A DNA stretch of 64,000 nucleotides from Dehalococcoidia bacterium (GTDB lineage Bacteria; Chloroflexota; Dehalococcoidia; UBA2979), in assembly GCA_964291495.2 (NCBI GenBank), contig OZ219871.1, forward strand, positions 384,001-448,000. Direction: 5' to 3'. The translations under genes were made by a program, and so were the position numbers. The notes below the pieces were generated by a model that was given only the letters and a program-made list of their open reading frames with translations, made no database searches and had not been told where the DNA came from. Each line of letters begins with the position of its first letter. Position 1 is the stretch's first letter. Positions 57,545 through 64,000 of the stretch are shown here, piece after piece.

Positions 57545-57759
57545 GAGACCGTTGCGGAACCCTCCCGTCAGGACAGCGAGCCCATCCTTCCTGTCCCCTC
57601 TCCCCGAGGGAGAGGGGTAGGGTGAGGGAGGGTCCGCCCTCCGGGATTGCGTTGTGCCATCGGAGCTCTCGCAGGCGCGAGGGAGTCTTCCCCCTCACCC
57701 CCGCCCTCTCCCCAGGGAGAGGGAGCCGGATCGGATTTGTGGGAGTTTCGCAAAGGTCC
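57545..57759. mobile_element. MITE-like element with REP-type doublet, copy 3
   Basis: Ends GAGACCGTTGCGGAAC ... GTTTCGCAAAGGTCC imperfect inverted repeats; internal hairpin doublet. Confidence 0.8.
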
Positions 57760-57809
57760 GGTACCGGGCGAGCGTTTCGCGGACTCGGCCCCCTGACCTC
57801 ACACACCCC

Positions 57810-57832
57810 TACCCCCTGGGTGGGGGTATACT
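57810..57832 (+). promoter_or_regulatory. CsoR operator overlapping -10 box
   Basis: TACCCCC-TGGGT-GGGGGTA palindrome, TATACT at 57827-32. Confidence 0.8.
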
Positions 57833-57850
57833 CGTAGTGGAGGTGCAGCC

Positions 57851-58117
57851 ATGGACGCCGATACCAAGGCAGACGTACTGAAGCGGCTCGCCTACCTCGA
57901 GGGCCACCTCGCAGGTGTGCGCCGCATGGTCGAGAGCGACACCTACTGCGTCGACGTGCTCAAGCAGACCTACGCCGTGCGGCGCGCCATCGAGAAGGCG
58001 GAGTCGCGCATGCTCTCCGGCCACCTGCACCACTGCGTCGTCGACGGCGTGCGTGGCGGCGACCAGCACCGGGTCATCGAGGAGCTCGTGCAACTCTACG
58101 AGCTCGCGAACAAGTAG
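57851..58117 (+). CDS. csoR: Copper-sensing repressor CsoR
   Basis: RL..LEGHL.GV.RM, YCVDVL, HLHHCV (C-H-C ligands). Confidence 0.9.
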   Translation: MDADTKADVLKRLAYLEGHLAGVRRMVESDTYCVDVLKQTYAVRRAIEKAESRMLSGHLHHCVVDGVRGGDQHRVIEELVQLYELANK

Positions 58118-58145
58118 CGCGGCAGGCCCAAAGGGACTTCGAGGC

Positions 58146-60497
58146 GTGACGACCGACCAGCAGGCACTCGGCCCGGAGGCGATGGAGGAGCTGCGGCTCC
58201 CGATCCGCGGGATGCACTGCGCCTCCTGTGTGCGGCGCGTCGAGAGCGCGCTCGCGGCCGTGCCCGGCGTCGCATCGGCGAGCGTGAACCTCGCGACGGA
58301 GTCGGCGACGGTCGCGGCCAGCGGCGCGCCGCTGGCCGCGCTGCGCGAGGCGGTCGACCGCGCGGGCTACGAAATGCGCCTGCCCGGCGACGGCGACGCC
58401 GGCGAGGAGCAAGGCGACCCCCTTGAGGCGGAGCGCCGGGCGGAGCAGGCGGCGCTGCGCAGGCGGGCACTGCTCGCCGGGGCGGTGGCGATCGTGCTCG
58501 TCGCCGCGATGGGCTGGACGCGGCTGCCCGGCCTCGAGGGCGTCGCCGACCGCGTCTGGCATCCGCTGTTCTTCGCCCTCGCGACGCCGGTGCAGCTCTG
58601 GGCGGCGTGGCGCATTCACGCCGCAGCCCTGCGCGCCGCCCGCCACGGCCTCGCGACGATGGACACGCTGATCTCGCTCGGCACCTCGGCGGCCTACGGC
58701 TACTCGCTGCTGGCGACCTTCGCGCCGGGGCTGTTCGAGGGCGCGCGCGGCCTGGAGCCGAACGTCTACTTCGACACGGCGGTGGCGATCGTCGCGCTCG
58801 TGCTCGTCGGGCGGCTGCTGGAGGCGCGCGCCAAGGCGAAGTCGGCGGAGGCGCTGCGTGCCTTGATCGAGCTGCGCCCCCGGCTCGCGCGCATCCTCGA
58901 GGGCGGCGAGGAGTACGAGATCCCGATCGCCGCCGTGCAGCCGGGTGACATCGTCATCGTCCGCCCCGGCGAGCAGCTGCCGGTTGACGGCGAGGTCGTC
59001 GCGGGCGCCTCGGCCGTCGACGAGTCGATGCTCACCGGCGAGTCGCTGCCGGTCGCGAAGCGCGAGGGCGACGCGGTCTACGGCGCGACGCAGAACACGA
59101 CGGGCGCGCTGCGCGTGCGCGCGACCGCCGTCGGCGCGGACTCGGCACTGGCGAGGATCATCGCGCTCGTCGAGCAGGCGCAGGGCTCCAAGGCGCCGAT
59201 CCAGGCGCTGGTCGATCGCGTCGCCGCCGTGTTCGTCCCGGTCGTGATCGCCGTCGCGCTGCTGACGCTCGGGCTGTGGTGGGCGTTCGGCCCGGCGCCC
59301 GCGCTGACCTTCGCGCTTATCAACGCGGTCACGGTCCTGATCGTGGCCTGCCCCTGCGCGCTCGGCCTCGCCACGCCGACGGCGATCATGGTCGGCATCG
59401 GGCGCGGCGCGCGCGCCGGCCTGCTCATCCGCGACGCCTCCGCCCTCGAACTGGCGCGGCGCGTCGACACGGTGCTGCTCGACAAGACGGGCACGCTGAC
59501 CGAGGGGCAGCCCGAGGTCGTCTCGGTCGCCCCGGCGTCCGGCATCGAGCAGGACGAACTGCTGCGCGTGCTGGCGACGGCGGAGCGCGGCTCGGAGCAC
59601 CCGTTGGCCGGCGCAGTCGAACGCGAGGCCGAGCGCCGCGGGCTCCCGCCCGGCCAGCCCGCCGCACTCGAGGCCGCACCGGGCCTCGGCATCCTCGCCA
59701 CCGTCGAGGGCCGCGAGGTCGTCGCGGGCGCGGTCGATCTGCTCACGGCGCACAGTGTGGACACTCGCGCCATCACGGGTGACTTCGAAGCCGCCGCGGC
59801 GCGCGGCGAGACGCCGATCGCCATCGCGATCGACGGTGAGGCGGCGGGCGTGCTCGGCGTCGCCGACCGGCTACGCGCCGACGCCGCCGAGGCGGTCGCG
59901 CGACTGCACGCGCTCGGCCTCGATGTCGCGCTGCTCACCGGCGACCGCATCGAGGCGGGCGAGGCGATCGCGGCGCAGGCGGGCATCGGGCGCGTCGTCG
60001 CGGGCGCGACGCCGGCGGACAAGGCGGAGGCGGTGCGGGCGCTGCAGGGCGAGGGCCGCACCGTGGCGATGGTCGGCGACGGCATCAACGACGCGCCCGC
60101 CCTGGCGCAGGCGGACGTCGGCATCGCGATCGGCGGCGGGGCGGACGCGGCGCTCGGCGCGGCGAGCGTCGCCCTGCTGCGCTCGGACCCGCGAGGCGTC
60201 GCCGACGCGATCGCGCTGAGCCGCTCGACGGTGCGGACGCTGCGCCAGAACCTCGTCTGGGCGTTCGCCTACAACGTGCTGCTGATCCCGGTCGCGGCGG
60301 GCCTCGGCTACCTGCTCTTCGAGAATGCCTCGGTCCCCGCGCTGCTGACGCCGGTGTTCGGCGAGCACGGCTTCCTCAACCCGATCGTCGCCGCCGCCGC
60401 GATGGCCTTCAGCTCGCTCTCAGTGATGGCCAACTCGTTGCTGCCGCGCGGGGCAGCGTGGGCAGGGGTCGCGGCTAGACTTCGCGCAACTCCTTGA
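58146..60497 (+). CDS. copA: Copper-exporting P1B-type ATPase (alt start 58182)
   Basis: [38 protein letters not shown]. Confidence 0.93.
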   Translation: MTTDQQALGPEAMEELRLPIRGMHCASCVRRVESALAAVPGVASASVNLATESATVAASGAPLAALREAVDRAGYEMRLPGDGDAGEEQGDPLEAERRAEQAALRRRALLAGAVAIVLVAAMGWTRLPGLEGVADRVWHPLFFALATPVQLWAAWRIHAAALRAARHGLATMDTLISLGTSAAYGYSLLATFAPGLFEGARGLEPNVYFDTAVAIVALVLVGRLLEARAKAKSAEALRALIELRPRLARILEGGEEYEIPIAAVQPGDIVIVRPGEQLPVDGEVVAGASAVDESMLTGESLPVAKREGDAVYGATQNTTGALRVRATAVGADSALARIIALVEQAQGSKAPIQALVDRVAAVFVPVVIAVALLTLGLWWAFGPAPALTFALINAVTVLIVACPCALGLATPTAIMVGIGRGARAGLLIRDASALELARRVDTVLLDKTGTLTEGQPEVVSVAPASGIEQDELLRVLATAERGSEHPLAGAVEREAERRGLPPGQPAALEAAPGLGILATVEGREVVAGAVDLLTAHSVDTRAITGDFEAAAARGETPIAIAIDGEAAGVLGVADRLRADAAEAVARLHALGLDVALLTGDRIEAGEAIAAQAGIGRVVAGATPADKAEAVRALQGEGRTVAMVGDGINDAPALAQADVGIAIGGGADAALGAASVALLRSDPRGVADAIALSRSTVRTLRQNLVWAFAYNVLLIPVAAGLGYLLFENASVPALLTPVFGEHGFLNPIVAAAAMAFSSLSVMANSLLPRGAAWAGVAARLRATP

Positions 60498-61542
60498 CCA
60501 GCCACTCCAGCCGCTCCTCGCTGGGCTCGGGCGCCCTCGCGTCGCCGCTGGCGTCGCCGCCGTACACGCTCGCACGATCGCGCCGGCTCGGCATCGCGAT
60601 GTGGATGCGATCGGCGTAGTCGAAGTGCTCTCGCGCGTAGCGCGGGAGGTTGTCGTAGGTGCTGGCGTTCGCCATCTCGAGGGCGACCTCGAAGTTGACG
60701 GCCTCGTACATCTCGTCCCAGCGGCCCTTCAGCGAGAGCTCGTGGAGCTGCATACCGAGCGATTCGAGGCCGTGCGCGCGGAACACGCCGTGGTAGGAGC
60801 GGGTGGAGCCGTAGAAGGAGATCGGCCGGCGCAACGCCTCGATCGCTTGCTCGACCTCGGAGTCCGTCTCGCCGAAGGCGTTGAAGCCGCCGACGGAGAT
60901 GCTGATCTCCTCGGGAGAGCGGTCGGCGCGGTCGGCGCCCTTCTGCACGGCGGGGAGCACGGTCTCGCGCAGGTACTTCTCGGTCATGAAGCCGTGCGGG
61001 AGGAGGCCGTCGGCGCAGTAGCCGGCGGCTTCGGCCATCCTCGGTCCGACGCAGGCGAGGGAGATCTTCGGGTAGGGGTAGTCGATCGGTCCCGGGCTGA
61101 AGGCCGGGGGCAGGAGCGTGTAGTTGTAGTCGTCGCTGTGGAACCGGGGTCGCTCGCCCTCCTGCCAGGAGCGCCAGACGGCGCGCATCATCCCGATGTA
61201 GCCCTCCATGCGCCGGGCGGGCGGCGTCCAGTCGCCCGCGAAGCGGCGCACGTTGTGCCCCTTGACCTGGCTCCCGAGGCCGAGGTTGATGCGGCCCTTG
61301 CTGAACTCCTGGAGGTCCCAGGCGGTCTGCGCCATGACGTACGGGCTGCGCGGGAAGGCGATGGTGACGCTGGTCGCGAGCTCGATGCGCTCGCTGTACT
61401 CGGCGGCGAGCGTCAGCGCGAGGATCGAGTTGTGCTTCAGCTCGCCGGTGGAGATGCCGTCGAAGCCGGCTTCCTCGGCGCGCTGCACCTGCTCCCTGAC
61501 GTCGCCCAGCCAGACCTCGCCGTAGCCTGTGAACACCTTCAC
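60475..61542 (-). CDS. F420-dependent LLM oxidoreductase (TIGR03617-like)
   Basis: [28 protein letters not shown]; SD GAGGAG + GTG. Confidence 0.85.
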   Translation of the reverse strand: MKVFTGYGEVWLGDVREQVQRAEEAGFDGISTGELKHNSILALTLAAEYSERIELATSVTIAFPRSPYVMAQTAWDLQEFSKGRINLGLGSQVKGHNVRRFAGDWTPPARRMEGYIGMMRAVWRSWQEGERPRFHSDDYNYTLLPPAFSPGPIDYPYPKISLACVGPRMAEAAGYCADGLLPHGFMTEKYLRETVLPAVQKGADRADRSPEEISISVGGFNAFGETDSEVEQAIEALRRPISFYGSTRSYHGVFRAHGLESLGMQLHELSLKGRWDEMYEAVNFEVALEMANASTYDNLPRYAREHFDYADRIHIAMPSRRDRASVYGGDASGDARAPEPSEERLEWLVKELREV

Positions 61543-61665
61543 GTTGGACTCCTCTCGCTCGCGGCCATGCCCGGCCGCCGGTTTCTCCGCACACCTCGAT
61601 GTGGCCGCCGCATTGTCGCGCATGATCGCGACATCCGAGGCCGCTCGCAGCAAGGACGCTACTGC

Positions 61666-62052
61666 TTACCAGAGGCGGCGGACGCCGTACCTGTCGAAGA
61701 CCGAGTCGACGGACACGACCGTCAGGTTGCGGGAGAGTGCCTGCGCGATCAGCATCCGGTCGAAGGGGTCACTGTGGGGACCGGGCAGCGCGCCAGCGCG
61801 GGCCCCGTCGTCCACCGTGACCGGCAACTCCTCGAAGTCCTGGCTGTCGATCGTCCCGACGATGTCGAGCGCCAGCACCTCGGCACTCGGCAACTTGCCG
61901 ATCCGATGCTTGGTGGCGATCTCCCACGCTGACGCCGCGCTGATCAGCACGTCATTCGACTCATCCGCTATTGCACGATGCGCCGCCGCCGAAAGTCGCC
62001 GATTCCCCGCGAACCACCAGAGGAACGCGTGAGTGTCGAGTAGCAGTCGCAA
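61666..62052 (-). CDS. vapC: VapC/PIN domain toxin
   Basis: LLLDTH, SAWEIATK, HSDPFDRMLIAQA. Confidence 0.92.
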   Translation of the reverse strand: MRLLLDTHAFLWWFAGNRRLSAAAHRAIADESNDVLISAASAWEIATKHRIGKLPSAEVLALDIVGTIDSQDFEELPVTVDDGARAGALPGPHSDPFDRMLIAQALSRNLTVVSVDSVFDRYGVRRLW

Positions 62053-62055
62053 CAG

Positions 62056-62313
62056 CTATGCCTCGCTCTCCGGCCCCTCGTAGGCTCCCTCCCACGCGGC
62101 CAACTCTTCCTCCGGAAGCGGGTCGAAGAAGCTGTCGTCGATCTCGATGAGGCCCTTCATGGCACCGAATCGCCGCCCTTTGCGTCGCTCGAGCCGGACG
62201 AGCCGGGCCACCGGAGTCCCGTTGCGGGCAATGACCACCTCCTCGCCGTCCTCGACCTGGGCGAGGAGCCGCGAGAGGTGAGTCTTCGCTTCGTGGACGT
62301 TGACCGTTACCAT
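62056..62313 (-). CDS. Phd/YefM family antitoxin
   Basis: VNVHEAKTHLSRLL..V..GEEVVIAR.G.PVARLV. Confidence 0.92.
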   Translation of the reverse strand: MVTVNVHEAKTHLSRLLAQVEDGEEVVIARNGTPVARLVRLERRKGRRFGAMKGLIEIDDSFFDPLPEEELAAWEGAYEGPESEA

Positions 62314-62409
62314 CGTTGAATCCCTGCATGCCAGACGCTTGGCTAAGCGTATGACTAACCACACGCCTCGTCAAGCGAACGGACCGTCGCAGCGAACCGG
62401 GAGGCGACA

Positions 62410-63594
62410 GTGCTGATCCGCAACCTGCGCCTGCTCGACGGGACGGGCGCGCTCCTCGAGGGCGTCGACGTGCGCGTGCACGACGGGCGCTTCGCCGAGA
62501 TCGGCGTCGCCCTCGAGGGCGACGAGCCGGAGCTCGACGCGGGCGGCGGGACGGCGATCCCCGGTCTGATCGACGCGCACACGCACCTCAGCCTCGACGC
62601 CACGCCGCAAGCGCTCGAGCACGGCGCGGAGCGGCCGCACAGCTACCAGGCGATCGACTCGGCGCGGCGCGCCGGGCAGCTGCTCGCCGCCGGCGTCACG
62701 ACGGCGCGCGACGTCGGCGGCGTGGCCCCGGTGATCCTCGGGCTGCGCGACGCGATCGCGGACGGGCTCACGCCCGGGCCGCGCGTCTTCTCGGCGGGCG
62801 CCTGGCTGACCGCGCCCGAGGGCCACGGCTGGCACGTCGGCGCGCTCGCCGAGGGCGAGGACGGGGTCCGGCAGGCCGCCCGCGCGCAGCTCGACGCCGG
62901 GGCGGACCTGCTCAAGCTGATGGTCTCCGGCGGCGTGATCGGCACCGGCCACGGCCCCAACACCGAGCAGTTCAACGAGCGCGAGGTGCGCATCGTCACG
63001 CTGATGGCCCACGCCGAGGGCAAGACCGTCGCCGCCCACGCCCACGGCGCGCCCAGCATCCGCAACGCCGTCGTCGGTGGGGTCGACACGGTCGAGCACG
63101 CCTCGTTCCTCACGGAGGAGCTGATCGAGGAGCTGCTGGAGCGCGGCACGTTCATCGTGCCGACGCTCGCGGTGATCAAGATCGTGATCGAGGCGGCAGG
63201 CGACGCGCTCGGCGCGGAGACGGTCGAGCGCGCGCACGAGGTGGCCGCGGCGCATCGCGAGAACATCAGCGCCGCCTGGCGAGCGGGCGTGCCGCTCGCT
63301 GCGGGCACGGACATGGGCAGCCCCTTTACCGGCCCCGACGCGCTGCACGACGAGATCGCGCAGCTCGCGGACCTCGGCATGACGGCGCACGAGGCGATCC
63401 AGGCCGCCACGCTGCAGGGCGCGCGCGTGCTCGGCCTCGAGGACGACCTCGGCACGGTGCGGCCCGGCCGCCGCGCCGACCTGCTGGTGCTCGACGGCGA
63501 CCCGCTCGCCGACCTCGGCGCGACGCGCCGCATCCGCCACCTGCTGCAGGACGGCGAGCTGCGCATCCGCGACGGCGCGCCGGTCGTGGCGTAG
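62410..63594 (+). CDS. Amidohydrolase family protein
   Basis: PGLIDAHTH, GVTTARD, K, AHAH, EH, GTD, G.RADL. Confidence 0.9.
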   Translation: MLIRNLRLLDGTGALLEGVDVRVHDGRFAEIGVALEGDEPELDAGGGTAIPGLIDAHTHLSLDATPQALEHGAERPHSYQAIDSARRAGQLLAAGVTTARDVGGVAPVILGLRDAIADGLTPGPRVFSAGAWLTAPEGHGWHVGALAEGEDGVRQAARAQLDAGADLLKLMVSGGVIGTGHGPNTEQFNEREVRIVTLMAHAEGKTVAAHAHGAPSIRNAVVGGVDTVEHASFLTEELIEELLERGTFIVPTLAVIKIVIEAAGDALGAETVERAHEVAAAHRENISAAWRAGVPLAAGTDMGSPFTGPDALHDEIAQLADLGMTAHEAIQAATLQGARVLGLEDDLGTVRPGRRADLLVLDGDPLADLGATRRIRHLLQDGELRIRDGAPVVA

Positions 63595-63607
63595 AGCGGC
63601 GGCCTCG

Positions 63608-64000
63608 ATGGCTACCGAGGGGCGACCCGCCTGGCTCTCGGACGCGCTGTACCCGTTCGAAAGCCGCTACTTCCAGACGCCGGACGGGCAGCGGCTGCAC
63701 TACGTCGACGAGGGTGCGGGCGCGCCGATCGTCTTCGTGCACGGCAACCCCTCGTGGTCGTTCGAGTTCCGCCAGCTCATCGAGGGCCGGCGCGGCGACT
63801 TCCGCTGCATCGCGCCGGACCACGTCGGCTTCGGCCTCTCGTCGCGCAGCGACCGCCGCGAGGACCATCACCCGGCCGCGCACGCGGAGCGCTTCGCCGC
63901 GCTGCTCGACCACCTCGAGGTGCGGGACGCGACGCTGTTCATGGGGGACTGGGGCGGGCCGATCGGTCTCGAGTTCGCGCGGCGGCATCCGGAGCGGGTC
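63608..64000 (+). CDS. Haloalkane dehalogenase/OleB-like alpha/beta hydrolase, 3'-truncated
   Basis: Manual translation: LYPFES...LHYVDEG...HGNPSWS...APDHVGFGLS...DWGGPIG. Confidence 0.8.
   Translation, partial: MATEGRPAWLSDALYPFESRYFQTPDGQRLHYVDEGAGAPIVFVHGNPSWSFEFRQLIEGRRGDFRCIAPDHVGFGLSSRSDRREDHHPAAHAERFAALLDHLEVRDATLFMGDWGGPIGLEFARRHPERV

Noticed and set aside
25580-57806. Short similar ORFs (MAQRN...PHP.PLPRGEG) at three loci
   Set aside because: They are translations of the palindromic repeat element, and frames and lengths are not conserved.
60475-60497. Convergent 23-nt overlap of copA and the LLM gene
   Set aside because: Short 3' overlaps are common in compact high-GC genomes.
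1-64000. Many long alternative-frame and antisense ORFs (e.g. 4429-7602 N-terminal part, 25635-27752, 50978-52897, 53024-55051)
   Set aside because: Arg/Ala/Gly-rich shadows of real genes, expected at this GC level, with no motifs.

Overview
Very GC-rich bacterial DNA that is densely coding, with about 60 genes. The gene content includes many F420/LLM oxidoreductases, CaiB CoA-transferases, Tat-lipoprotein solute-binding proteins and a plant-type LRR surface protein. This suggests Chloroflexota (Dehalococcoidia/SAR202-like) and possibly a sponge symbiont, but that is inference. The window holds a liv-type ABC transporter with two binding proteins, argC, two ClpS paralogues, two VapBC-type toxin-antitoxin pairs, a Fic protein, csoR-copA, an iron ABC permease/ATPase pair, and a peptide-type ABC cluster with a near-identical tandem duplicated binding protein. 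Steroid/acyl-CoA-type catabolic genes are scattered throughout. No rRNA, tRNA, CRISPR array or transposase was seen. The most notable items are: (1) a single ORF fusing a NucS-like PD-(D/E)xK nuclease to an alkyltransferase-like (ATL, PWHRV) lesion-sensor domain; (2) three copies of a ~215 bp MITE-like element with IS-like inverted ends that carries a REP-type hairpin doublet, one copy nested inside another REP hairpin; (3) two candidate structured small RNAs, one behind an ECF-type promoter and showing an anti-Shine-Dalgarno loop; (4) an LRR protein with an LPxTG-like sorting tail; (5) a cyclase gene that apparently starts at ATC; and (6) a 37-aa membrane peptide missing from the ORF track. 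All product calls come from motif recognition by eye. No searches were run.
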